A DNA stretch of 16,877 nucleotides from a virus (lineage: Duplodnaviria > Heunggongvirae > Uroviricota > Caudoviricetes), in the IMG/VR virus record IMGVR_UViG_2531839147_000004, one strand, 5' to 3'. Numbering within the stretch: position 1 is the first letter of the stretch; each line of letters starts with the position of its first letter. The position numbers and the translations under genes are program-made. The notes beneath the pieces are model-generated. The model had not been told where the DNA came from, searched no databases, and saw only the letters and a program-made list of their open reading frames with translations. Below, one piece after another: positions 1 to 8,259 of this stretch.

Positions 1-88
1 ACATTTAGTACATTTTATGTGTAAAAAAATGAGATGGGATAAAGTGAAGCACAAACCCGGAGGAAGGCGCTACCGGATTTATGCTGGT

Positions 89-508
89 TTAAGAGGCTTT
101 TTGTTTTTTCTTTCGTGCTAACTCTTCGTAAATTGCATTGTACTTCTGTTTTTTCTCTTCAAGAGTTTTTAAAAGTTCATCTGTCTCACTGTCAGGGAGC
201 TCGTCCAGAAGGTCAATGATGATTTTTTGTCTTGGATTTAACTCCTGATAGAAACGTACCTGTCCACTTTCTTCTGTATCCTCTCCCAAAAGATAGGTTG
301 GTGTTGTTCCTATTAGTGTTGCTAATTCCCTTAATTTCTCCCGGCGAGGAATTGTTTCGCCATTAAACCATTTGCTAACCGCTTTTGGTGTTAATTTCAT
401 TCGACGGGCAATTTCTGCCTGCCTTCCATGTTGTTCATAACCAGCGTTTTCACAGGCTAGCGCAAGCCTACTGGCGAACTCTTTACGCGCTTTATCTTCA
501 TGAACCAT
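89..508 (-). CDS. XRE-family HTH transcriptional repressor, prophage immunity repressor of the RacR/DicA type (no LexA-like S24 domain)
   Basis: 139-aa ORF; N-terminal helix-turn-helix signature (QAEIARRMKLTPKAVSKWFNGETIPRREKLRELATLIG); acidic/coiled C-terminus; divergently arranged with a Cro-like gene across a 79-bp palindrome-bearing intergenic region. Confidence 0.8.
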   Translation of the reverse strand: MVHEDKARKEFASRLALACENAGYEQHGRQAEIARRMKLTPKAVSKWFNGETIPRREKLRELATLIGTTPTYLLGEDTEESGQVRFYQELNPRQKIIIDLLDELPDSETDELLKTLEEKKQKYNAIYEELARKKKQKAS

Positions 509-587
509 AAGTTCAATGATATTCGCTCTTGAATGTACTGTCAGTTCTGTTATAGCATGTACTCAAAGTTCACATTGTGAGGGTGAT
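509..587. promoter_or_regulatory. Divergent promoter/operator region between repressor and Cro-like gene
   Basis: Contains inverted repeat TTCAA(512-516)/TTGAA(529-533), direct repeat ATGTACT (533-539 and 557-563) and an 11-bp palindrome TCACATTGTGA (570-580) just upstream of the Cro-like SD. Promoter hexamers not assigned. Confidence 0.4.
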
Positions 588-842
588 ATGAACCAGAAAA
601 CACTTGAAGATGTAATCAAAACTGTTCGCGTTGCTGTTGTGGCCGACGTTTGTGGTGTCAGCCAAAGAGCAATCTATAAATGGATGGATAACGGAAAATT
701 GCCTCGCACAGAATATACCGGCGAAACAAATTACGCTGAAAAAATCGCTCTTGCATCAAACGGATTATTTTCTGCCGATGCAATTTTAACTATTGGCAGG
801 AATAAAACTACTACGAAAAAGCTGATGGGAGTTGATTCATGA
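588..842 (+). CDS. Cro-like HTH protein, YdaS-family (start taken at ATG 588, not the longer ORF-track start at 516)
   Basis: HTH core VADVCGVSQRAIYKWMDNGKLP; SD GAGGG 5-9 nt upstream of ATG 588; stop overlaps start of next gene (ATGA at 839-842). Confidence 0.7.
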   Translation: MNQKTLEDVIKTVRVAVVADVCGVSQRAIYKWMDNGKLPRTEYTGETNYAEKIALASNGLFSADAILTIGRNKTTTKKLMGVDS

Positions 843-1264
843 AAATCAAGCATGAACACATCCGCATGGCGATGAATGCCTGGGCGCATCCGGACGGCGA
901 AAAAGTACCGGCTGCGAAAATTACCAAAGCGTATTTCGAGCTGGGAATGACGTTCCCGGAACTGTATGACGACAGCCATCCGGAAGCCCTGGCTCGCAAT
1001 ACTCAGAAAATTTTCCGCTGGGTGGAGAAAGACACCCCTGATGCGGTTAAAAAAATTCAGGCGTTGTTACCAGCTATCGAAAAAGCAATGCCACCTCTGC
1101 TGGTGGCCCGAATGCGCAGTCATAGCTCAGCCTATTTTCGGGAACTAGTGGAGACGCGGGAACGACTGGTGAGAGACGCTGATGATTTTGTCGCAGTGGC
1201 GATCGCTGGTTTCAACCAGATGAATCGTGGTGGCCCTGCAGGAAATATTGTGGCTGTGCATTGA
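839..1264 (+). CDS. YdaT-like (CII-like regulatory / putative toxin YdaT family) protein
   Basis: 141 aa; N-terminus MKIKHEHI... characteristic of Rac-type YdaT as I recall it; translationally coupled to the Cro/YdaS-like gene; position equals cII in lambdoid early-right operons. Confidence 0.6.
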   Translation: MKIKHEHIRMAMNAWAHPDGEKVPAAKITKAYFELGMTFPELYDDSHPEALARNTQKIFRWVEKDTPDAVKKIQALLPAIEKAMPPLLVARMRSHSSAYFRELVETRERLVRDADDFVAVAIAGFNQMNRGGPAGNIVAVH

Positions 1265-1335
1265 CTCGCAATATTCATACCGGATCGCTTCCGGCAATTT
1301 GTGAGTAAAAAGATTCGGTATCAAAAGAGGTGAGT

Positions 1336-2406
1336 ATGGCTAACGCCTGGCTCAGATTATGGCATGACATGCCAAATGACCCTAAGTGGCGAACAATTGC
1401 CAGGGTGTCAGGGCAGCCAATTGCAACAGTGATGGCAGTGTATATCCACCTCCTGGTGAGCGCGTCACGAAATGTCACGCGAGGTCACATTGAGGTCACG
1501 ACAGAAGATTTGGCAAGTGCGCTCGACGTGACAGAAGAGGTAATTGATTCAATTTTGCAGACGATGCAGGGGCGGGTACTTGATGGTGATTTAATCACTG
1601 GATGGGAAAAACGCCAGGTGCTTAAAGAGGACAACGGCAATATTTCGCAAACCGCAAAATCTCCTGCAGAGCGCAAGAGGGCGCAGCGAGAGAGGGAAAG
1701 AAAGCGGGAACAAAATGGCGATTGTCACGGCGCGTCACGAAATGTCACGCATATGTCACGACGAGTCACGACAGATAAAGATACAGATAAAGATACAGAT
1801 CAAGAAGATCAAAACACTATGGTCCATGGCGTAAAAAACGCCACGAACCAGGCAGGGGATGTTCAGACCGTCAATCTTGGTCAGCCAGCAGGCACGACAC
1901 CGGAAGCCGATTCAGCGTATGCGCTGAAAGCCGATTCGGGCGCTGTGCAGCAGGTGATGACCGCAAGGCCGGAGCAATCACACCAACTGCAGCAGCCCGA
2001 AGCCGATTCCGCCATTCAGCGGGAAGCCGATCGGGTAGTCCCGGAAAACACCGGGCAGTCTGTGGGACGAGTGGATTATCCGGATGTGTTCGAACAGGTC
2101 TGGCGGGAGTACCCGTTGCGTGCTGGGGCAAACCCGAAGAAATCCGCTTTCAGTGCCTGGAAGGCCAGATTACGCGAGGGGGTGCCACCAGAGGCCATGC
2201 TGGATGGCGTGAGGCGTTACGCAAGATACTTGGCGGCTACCGGGAAAACGGGAACGGAATTTGTTCAGCGAGCGACGACGTTTTTTGGACCGGACCGGAA
2301 TTTTGAGAACCCCTGGTTGCTCCCGGTAAGCGGCACGAACAACCAGCGTTGTGTGAATCATATTTCTGAACCGGATAACGAAATTCCGCCGGGCTTCAGG
2401 GGGTAA
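1336..2406 (+). CDS. Phage replication initiation protein (O-like / YdaU-like replisome organizer) containing the presumptive origin
   Basis: ORF-track start 1330 is GTG; ATG 1336 has SD AAGAGG 6 nt upstream. N-terminal motif WLRLWHDMPNDPKWRTIARVSGQ and conserved C-terminal domain typical of prophage replication proteins; internal iterons (see repeat features). Confidence 0.65.
   Translation: MANAWLRLWHDMPNDPKWRTIARVSGQPIATVMAVYIHLLVSASRNVTRGHIEVTTEDLASALDVTEEVIDSILQTMQGRVLDGDLITGWEKRQVLKEDNGNISQTAKSPAERKRAQRERERKREQNGDCHGASRNVTHMSRRVTTDKDTDKDTDQEDQNTMVHGVKNATNQAGDVQTVNLGQPAGTTPEADSAYALKADSGAVQQVMTARPEQSHQLQQPEADSAIQREADRVVPENTGQSVGRVDYPDVFEQVWREYPLRAGANPKKSAFSAWKARLREGVPPEAMLDGVRRYARYLAATGKTGTEFVQRATTFFGPDRNFENPWLLPVSGTNNQRCVNHISEPDNEIPPGFRG
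1460..1500. repeat. Iteron cluster I: four GTCAC(G) repeats phased at 10-11 bp (starts 1464, 1474, 1484, 1495)
   Basis: Direct reading. 21-bp segment GCGCGTCACGAAATGTCACGC (1460-1480) is repeated exactly at 1730-1750. Confidence 0.75.
1720..1800. repeat. Iteron cluster II (five GTCAC repeats at 1724, 1734, 1744, 1755, 1765) followed by AT-rich 12-bp tandem repeat ACAGATAAAGAT x2.5 (1771-1800); candidate ori inside the initiator gene
   Basis: Direct reading; helical-turn phasing and adjacent AT-rich repeat resemble the ori-lambda arrangement inside gene O. Encodes TDKDTDKDTD in the protein. Confidence 0.6.
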
Positions 2407-2446
2407 GTGTTAATTTCTGGTCATGAGGTAATTTTCAGGAGGGCTT

Positions 2447-2869
2447 GTGGCAAAAGTTTTTACACAAGAAGAGCGGGAAAAAATTAAAGGGCAGGTTCTT
2501 GAACTCGTACGCCAGAGTGGGCGCGAGACGTTACGACAACTGGAAGCTAAAACTGGGGCAACAAGATATCTGATGAGCGTTCTGGCCAGAGAGCTGGTTG
2601 CCAGTGGCGATGTATACAATTCTGGCTACGGGTTATTCCCGTCTGAACAGGCTCGTAAAGACTGGCAAAATGCCCGCAAAAAATTATCGAGGGCAAAGCT
2701 GAAGAAACCGGTTGTGGTTGATCCGGACCTTATCTGGTCATTACCTGACGGAGAAATACGTCGCTACGACAGTCGCCTAAACATAATCTGTCGCGAGTGC
2801 CGGAAGAGCGAAGTTATGCAGCGCATATTGTCGTTTTATCAGGGGGATGTTCGGTATTTATTGAAGTGA
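2447..2869 (+). CDS. Hypothetical prophage protein (GTG start), possible winged-helix DNA-binding protein; last phage-type gene before the cargo block
   Basis: 140-aa ORF, SD CAGGAGGG 5 nt upstream of GTG 2447; basic C-terminus; no Walker A motif, so not a DnaC-type helicase loader. Confidence 0.45.
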   Translation: MAKVFTQEEREKIKGQVLELVRQSGRETLRQLEAKTGATRYLMSVLARELVASGDVYNSGYGLFPSEQARKDWQNARKKLSRAKLKKPVVVDPDLIWSLPDGEIRRYDSRLNIICRECRKSEVMQRILSFYQGDVRYLLK

Positions 2870-2937
2870 CGAGATTAAAGTGCATTAGTTCAGATGCAAA
2901 TTGACATTTTGTGGCACAGGGTAGAGCTAGCGTGGTT

Positions 2938-2961
2938 GTCCGCTTTGTGCCAAGAGCAGAC
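2938..2961. repeat. Dyad element copy A: GTCCGC-N12-GCAGAC
   Basis: GTCCGC TTTGTGCCAAGA GCAGAC, about 240 bp upstream of BCCT start; nearly identical spacer to copy B. Confidence 0.5.
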
Positions 2962-3203
2962 GCTGGTAATTCGTGCCTAATATACTTCACTTAACTTATA
3001 TCCCAGCTTTGATACAGATCATACAAATTAAATGCCCCAGTAATTGGCAGGCTGAGTAACTTAAAACTCCTTAGAATATAGGATGATTTGTATCGGCACT
3101 CATTCCACCATGCATTCCGATTAACCCCGCATAGCCAGTTGAACTTTGCTACTCTGTGAGAGGTAGTACCTTCTATCCAGTGCGGATTTAATTAATGGAA
3201 TAA

Positions 3204-5207
3204 ATGATTATGAGTGAAAATGATACAACCCCAAAGAAGTCTACAAGCCAGATTAACAAAGCGGTATTCTTTACATCTGCTTTGCTAATTTTCCTTCTTG
3301 TCGCCTTTGCCGCCGTATTCCCGGATGTCGCCGACAAAAATTTTAAACTACTTCAGCAACAAATCTTCACGAATGCCAGCTGGTTCTACATACTTGCTGT
3401 GGCCCTGATTTTACTGAGCGTCACGTTCCTTGGACTCTCACGTTACGGTGATATAAAGCTGGGCCCAGACCATGCGCAGCCTGATTTCAGCTACCACTCC
3501 TGGTTCGCGATGCTTTTTTCGGCAGGGATGGGGATCGGCCTGATGTTCTTTGGCGTTGCCGAACCTGTGATGCATTATCTTTCGCCACCTGTCGGCACTC
3601 CAGAGACCGTTGCGGCAGCGAAGGAAGCCATGCGCCTGACGTTCTTCCACTGGGGTCTGCACGCATGGGCAATTTATGCCATCGTGGCGCTGATTCTGGC
3701 CTTTTTCAGTTACCGTCACGGTCTGCCTTTAACGCTGCGTTCTGCGCTCTATCCCATTATCGGCGATCGCATTTACGGGCCTATAGGCCACGCGGTTGAT
3801 ATCTTCGCCGTGATAGGCACTGTCTTTGGCGTTGCAACATCGCTGGGTTACGGTGTATTGCAGGTGAATGCCGGTTTGAACCATCTTTTCGGCGTGCCCA
3901 TCAATGAAACGGTACAGGTCATTTTGATCGTGGTCATCACGGGGTTAGCGACGATTTCGGTGGTGTCCGGCCTGGACAAGGGAATACGCATCCTGTCTGA
4001 GCTTAATCTGGGCCTGGCGGTGTTGCTCCTGGCGCTGGTCTTGTGCCTGGGTCCCACTGTGCTTCTGCTGAAGTCATTTGTGGAAAATACGGGTGGTTAT
4101 CTGTCGGAACTGGTGAGTAAAACGTTCAACCTTTACGCGTATGAACCCAAGTCGAGCAACTGGCTGGGGGGCTGGACATTATTATACTGGGGATGGTGGC
4201 TTTCATGGTCGCCGTTTGTAGGTATGTTCATTGCACGCGTTTCCCGCGGCAGGACAATTCGTGAGTTCGTGACTGGCGTGTTGTTTGTTCCCGCCGGCTT
4301 TACGCTCATGTGGATGACGGTGTTTGGAAACAGCGCCATCTATCTCATCATGAACCAGGGCGCCACTGACCTCGCCAATACCGTTCAGCAGGATGTTGCG
4401 CTTGCCCTGTTTAATTTCCTGGAGCATTTCCCGTTCTCTTCCGTGCTGTCATTCATTGCAATGGCGATGGTCATCGTCTTCTTTGTAACGTCTGCTGATT
4501 CGGGGGCAATGGTTGTGGATACTCTGGCATCAGGTGGGGTGGCAAACACGCCCGTCTGGCAGCGAATTTTCTGGGCATCGCTCATGGGCGTTGTTGCTAT
4601 TGCCCTGCTGATCGCAGGGGGGCTGAGTGCGTTGCAAACCGTAACGATAGCGAGTGCATTGCCCTTCTCAGTTATCTTATTAATATCCATATACGGACTG
4701 TTAAAAGCCCTGCGTCGGGATTTGACCAAGCGTGAAAGCCTTAGCATGGCGACTATTGCTCCTACGGCTGCACGTAACCCAATTCCCTGGCAGAGAAGGT
4801 TACGCAATATCGCGTATTTGCCGAAGCGCTCTCTTGTGAAACGTTTTATGGACGACATTATCCAACCCGCCATGACGCTGGTTCAGGAGGAACTTAACAA
4901 GCAGGGAACGATAAGCCACATCAGTGACGCCGCCGAGGATCGTATTCGCCTTGAAGTCGATTTGGGCAACGAGCTGAATTATATATATGAAGTGAGGCTT
5001 CGCGGGTATAACTCACCGACCTTCGCGCTCGCTGCGCTGGATAATGATGAGCAGCAGAGTGAACAACATCGATATTATCGCGCTGAAGTCTATCTCAAAG
5101 AGGGCGGCCAAAATTATGATGTAATGGGCTGGAATCAGGAACAGCTGATTAATGACATACTGGACCAGTACGAAAAACACCTGCACTTCCTGCATCTGGT
5201 TCGTTAA
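3204..5207 (+). CDS. BCCT-family transporter, BetT-like (choline / glycine-betaine type) with long cytoplasmic C-terminal tail
   Basis: 667 aa; BCCT tryptophan signature GGWTLLYWGWWLSWSPF; overall layout and C-terminal tail (...DILDQYEKHLHFLHL) parallel E. coli BetT as I recall it. Confidence 0.9.
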   Translation: MIMSENDTTPKKSTSQINKAVFFTSALLIFLLVAFAAVFPDVADKNFKLLQQQIFTNASWFYILAVALILLSVTFLGLSRYGDIKLGPDHAQPDFSYHSWFAMLFSAGMGIGLMFFGVAEPVMHYLSPPVGTPETVAAAKEAMRLTFFHWGLHAWAIYAIVALILAFFSYRHGLPLTLRSALYPIIGDRIYGPIGHAVDIFAVIGTVFGVATSLGYGVLQVNAGLNHLFGVPINETVQVILIVVITGLATISVVSGLDKGIRILSELNLGLAVLLLALVLCLGPTVLLLKSFVENTGGYLSELVSKTFNLYAYEPKSSNWLGGWTLLYWGWWLSWSPFVGMFIARVSRGRTIREFVTGVLFVPAGFTLMWMTVFGNSAIYLIMNQGATDLANTVQQDVALALFNFLEHFPFSSVLSFIAMAMVIVFFVTSADSGAMVVDTLASGGVANTPVWQRIFWASLMGVVAIALLIAGGLSALQTVTIASALPFSVILLISIYGLLKALRRDLTKRESLSMATIAPTAARNPIPWQRRLRNIAYLPKRSLVKRFMDDIIQPAMTLVQEELNKQGTISHISDAAEDRIRLEVDLGNELNYIYEVRLRGYNSPTFALAALDNDEQQSEQHRYYRAEVYLKEGGQNYDVMGWNQEQLINDILDQYEKHLHFLHLVR

Positions 5208-5215
5208 CAGCAACA

Positions 5216-5243
5216 TGCCGCCACAGAGGCGGCATTTATTTAT
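5216..5243 (+). terminator. Rho-independent terminator after BCCT gene
   Basis: Stem TGCCGCC / GGCGGCA (7 bp), loop ACAGA, followed by TTTATTTAT. Confidence 0.55.
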
Positions 5244-5386
5244 CCCGGCTGCAATATGAGGGAATGCAGAATGATTTCACGCTGGAAATGGATGCTGAAG
5301 CAGACATTTAAAAACTATGGTTCAGGGCAACGTTATTCGCAATTGTCGCAATAATAACGGCCCTTTTATCAATTCTTTTTAAATCA

Positions 5387-6547
5387 ATGATACCTGAGTC
5401 GGTTTCCGTGAAGGTTGGTGCGGAAGCAGTCGATAACATTCTGAACATACTGGCATCGAGTATGCTGGCAGTGACCACATTTTCGCTGAGCATCATGGTC
5501 ACAGCCTACGGTTCAGCCACTACTAATGTGACTCCCAGAGCTACTCGTTTAGTTGTTGAAGACGTCACCACACAAAATGTACTGGCCACCTTCATCGGTT
5601 CTTTTCTCTTCAGTCTGGTAGGGATTATTGCCCTCAATATGGGAGCTTATGGAGAAAGGGGGAGAGTCATTTTATTCATTGTAACACTGGTTGTCATTGC
5701 CTTAATCCTCATCACATTGCTTCGCTGGATACAGCATTTGACCTCTCTGGGGAGGGTTGGTGAGACAACGGCAAAAGTAGAACAGGCGGCCATCGAAACA
5801 TTTATTGCGAGAGCAAGAAATCCCTGTCTCGGCGGATATCCATGGCTTGAGAACAATGAACAGCCGAAAGGAACGGTTGCAGTTTATCCGAAAAAGATTG
5901 GCTATGTTGAATATGTTGATATGGTGAAACTCAGCAAGCTGCTGACCAATGATCCCCGTCATGTATACCTCGTGGCGCAGCCGGGCAGTTTCATACATCC
6001 GTCCACGCCAGTTTTGTACCTGAGTCAGGGCCAGGAGTCATCAATCAGCACCGATTTACTTGAGACGATTATTGTCTCGGATGTACGTTCATTTGCTCAG
6101 GACCCCCGATTTTGTCTTAGCGTCATGGCCGAAATAGCCTGCCGAGCCCTTTCCCCCGCAGTGAACGATCCTGGAACCGCCATTGATGTCATTGGCAGAG
6201 GTGTACGTATACTTTCCGCTTACGCGCAGAATAAATCTGATGAAATAGAAGTGAAATATCCTTCTGTACATGTTGCACCACTTCAGAATAACGATCTACT
6301 TGAAGACTTTTTCTCACCTGTTGCGCGCGATGGTGCCAGTATGAGGGAAATTCAGATAAGGGTACTTAAAGGACTGTCGATGCTGAGTAAGGGTTGGCCT
6401 GGAATTTTTGCTGAAGCCGCACAAACCCTAGCATTTGAAACATTAGAGCATGCTACTCGTGCTGACCATATAGATTCTGACAGATATCTAATAAAATCAA
6501 TTTATTATAATTTATTTAGTGGCGAAGATTCTAATAAAAAACCATAG
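5387..6547 (+). CDS. Membrane protein of unknown function (DUF2254-like), N-terminus probably disrupted by a frameshift
   Basis: Three predicted TM helices then a soluble C-terminal domain. A well-placed SD+ATG at 5271 opens a 27-codon ORF in another frame; the main frame is open from 5312 and encodes a further TM helix before the first ATG. Confidence 0.55.
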   Translation: MIPESVSVKVGAEAVDNILNILASSMLAVTTFSLSIMVTAYGSATTNVTPRATRLVVEDVTTQNVLATFIGSFLFSLVGIIALNMGAYGERGRVILFIVTLVVIALILITLLRWIQHLTSLGRVGETTAKVEQAAIETFIARARNPCLGGYPWLENNEQPKGTVAVYPKKIGYVEYVDMVKLSKLLTNDPRHVYLVAQPGSFIHPSTPVLYLSQGQESSISTDLLETIIVSDVRSFAQDPRFCLSVMAEIACRALSPAVNDPGTAIDVIGRGVRILSAYAQNKSDEIEVKYPSVHVAPLQNNDLLEDFFSPVARDGASMREIQIRVLKGLSMLSKGWPGIFAEAAQTLAFETLEHATRADHIDSDRYLIKSIYYNLFSGEDSNKKP

Positions 6548-6609
6548 TTGCGGAGCAAGCGATACGGTTGTTGGCAAGTCAAGGGCAAAGCATTCGCGTG
6601 AGAGTGGGC

Positions 6610-6633
6610 GTCTGCTTTGTGCCAGAAGCGGAC
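6610..6633. repeat. Dyad element copy B: GTCTGC-N12-GCGGAC
   Basis: GTCTGC TTTGTGCCAGAA GCGGAC in the convergent intergenic region between the DUF2254-like gene and the LysR gene. Confidence 0.5.
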
Positions 6634-6677
6634 ATACGTAACTTATGATACGCATCGCCAATCATCCGTTTCAAACA

Positions 6678-7559
6678 TCAACGCGGAAACGTTTTAAGAA
6701 TGTAATCCCGAACATAGGCGGTTCGGCTGTTATTAGCCGTCCTTTTGTTCCAGACCAGATAAAGATGATTAGTCGGAGCGAGGTCTGCAGGTGTCACTGA
6801 AATCAGGCGACCACTTTTCAGGTCATTGTCACAGTGATAATCCGGCAGCACTGTCCACCCGTGGCCGTCACAGACCAAGTCGCGGATAATACGTAAATCC
6901 GGAATGGTGAATGTAGCCTGCATCTCAGGGGCTCTCTGAAACATGGAGGCCCAGAGCGCTCTAATCAGTGGCAACTCTTCGTCATAAGCAATCAGCGGTA
7001 ATGAGGCAAGCGTTTCAGCACCAGGTTCTGATCCGATGATCTCTGACATGGCGGGAGCATGAACAAGGAGCATGCGTTCAGTCAGTAGATGTGCATAGCC
7101 GTACAGACGGTCATCAGGCATAGATGCGGTAACAGCGAGATCGGCGCTCCCGTCATGCAAAAGGGAATAAATACGTTGCTTATTGCCGGTATGAAAGCGT
7201 AGGCGATACCCCTCCTTCATTAGTGGAGCCATTACTGTCCCAAGCCGGGAATGAATAAAATCTGGCGGTCCTGCCAGATTAATTGTTCCCCCACGTACAG
7301 AGCCTGACCGGAAAGAGGACAGCTTTTCTTCCAGACCATCAATGAAGGGTGAAACTGAGCGGGCAAGCTCATCCGCAGCTTCGGTTGCCGTCACGCCTCT
7401 GGCCTGCCTGATAAACAGACGCTTACCAACCAGAGTCTCAAGAGACTGGATATGCTGTGACGCCGCGGGCTGAGTGATGCCCAGTAGTTCTGCCGCCTTT
7501 GAAAAGGAGCCAGAGCGATAGGCCTCAAGAAACGTTCGCAGATGGCTCAGATGGCTCAT
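6678..7559 (-). CDS. LysR-family transcriptional regulator
   Basis: 293 aa; N-terminal LysR HTH (LRTFLEAYRSGSFSKAAELLGITQPAASQHIQSLE); start ATG overlaps the stop of the upstream ChaC-like gene (ATGA at 7556-7559). Confidence 0.9.
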   Translation of the reverse strand: MSHLSHLRTFLEAYRSGSFSKAAELLGITQPAASQHIQSLETLVGKRLFIRQARGVTATEAADELARSVSPFIDGLEEKLSSFRSGSVRGGTINLAGPPDFIHSRLGTVMAPLMKEGYRLRFHTGNKQRIYSLLHDGSADLAVTASMPDDRLYGYAHLLTERMLLVHAPAMSEIIGSEPGAETLASLPLIAYDEELPLIRALWASMFQRAPEMQATFTIPDLRIIRDLVCDGHGWTVLPDYHCDNDLKSGRLISVTPADLAPTNHLYLVWNKRTANNSRTAYVRDYILKTFPR

Positions 7560-8248
7560 AGTGAAGCGCCTCGCTGATGAAGTTTATCGTTACAGGGAGC
7601 CTCATGCAGAGCAAGGGCCAGTTCACTCACGTAATCATCCCGTATTCCCAACGCACCCAGAGTGGCCTGCAGTTTCCATACATAATCTGCATTCGTGCCA
7701 ATGTCTCCACGGGCAGATGCGATGCTCAACGCTACGGTCGCTGTAAGATTGTCCTGTTCATAATGCGGATGCAGTCTGTCTGATACGAAAGCCAGCGCCT
7801 GAATTTCCTTACCGTTTCCTAGCGAAACGTCTGCCCAGACCGGACGGTAAAGACCGGTTATCATCTCGCGCGTCCAGACAATTTCCAGCTCATTAATAAG
7901 AGTCGATTCCGGCAGTCTGAACGCAATACCTTCGGTAATTCCACCTTCGTCGAGCGATAACATCCTGCCGGGGACATCAGGAGTCGCTCGTCCGGATATC
8001 AAACGAATGCAGAAACTGCGCTGCCATCCTTTCAGACGGGCCCGTTGCATTTCTTCAATCGCCAGCACGGGATTCCACATCAATGACCCGTAGGCAAATA
8101 TCCAGACAGGAGCACCCGTCGGGCGCTCCTCCAGAGTAGAGTTCATTGATGCGCGTATTTTTTCAGCGTCCCAGAGCATATTCGCCGGGAGCAGCGCTTC
8201 ATGCACCCTGACAAATGTGCCATTAAGCATATTTTCACGGGTAAGCAT
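7556..8248 (-). CDS. ChaC-like gamma-glutamylcyclotransferase (glutathione-specific GGCT family)
   Basis: 230 aa; hallmark VWIFAYGSLMWNP motif and overall co-linearity with E. coli ChaC as I recall it; SD GGGAGG upstream. Confidence 0.85.
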   Translation of the reverse strand: MLTRENMLNGTFVRVHEALLPANMLWDAEKIRASMNSTLEERPTGAPVWIFAYGSLMWNPVLAIEEMQRARLKGWQRSFCIRLISGRATPDVPGRMLSLDEGGITEGIAFRLPESTLINELEIVWTREMITGLYRPVWADVSLGNGKEIQALAFVSDRLHPHYEQDNLTATVALSIASARGDIGTNADYVWKLQATLGALGIRDDYVSELALALHEAPCNDKLHQRGASL

Positions 8249-8259
8249 ATAACCTCCCT

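Noticed and set aside
731-999. Minus-strand ORFs 731..979 and 811..999, and plus-strand ORF 966..1148
   Set aside because: They lie antisense to, or in an alternative frame within, the Cro-like and YdaT-like genes; no SD and no recognisable motifs. Treated as frame artefacts.
1771-1800. Possible CRISPR-like short repeat array (ACAGATAAAGAT tandem copies)
   Set aside because: Only 2.5 contiguous copies with no spacers, inside a coding sequence and next to iterons; this is an origin-type AT-rich repeat, not a CRISPR array. No cas genes in the window.
1275-2619. Minus-strand ORFs 1275..1478, 1485..1676, 1871..2131, 2170..2361, 2410..2619
   Set aside because: All are antisense to the replication-initiator gene or the small gene after it, which have better coding features.
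3438-5216. Minus-strand ORFs inside the BCCT gene (3438..3719, 3487..3672, 3848..4057, 4133..4339, 4203..4427, 4385..4873, 5013..5216)
   Set aside because: Antisense to a confidently identified 667-aa transporter; Arg/Ser/Pro-rich, GC-frame artefacts.
5308-6271. Minus-strand ORFs 5308..5502, 5647..5856, 5702..5998, 6089..6271
   Set aside because: Antisense to the DUF2254-like gene; no independent support.
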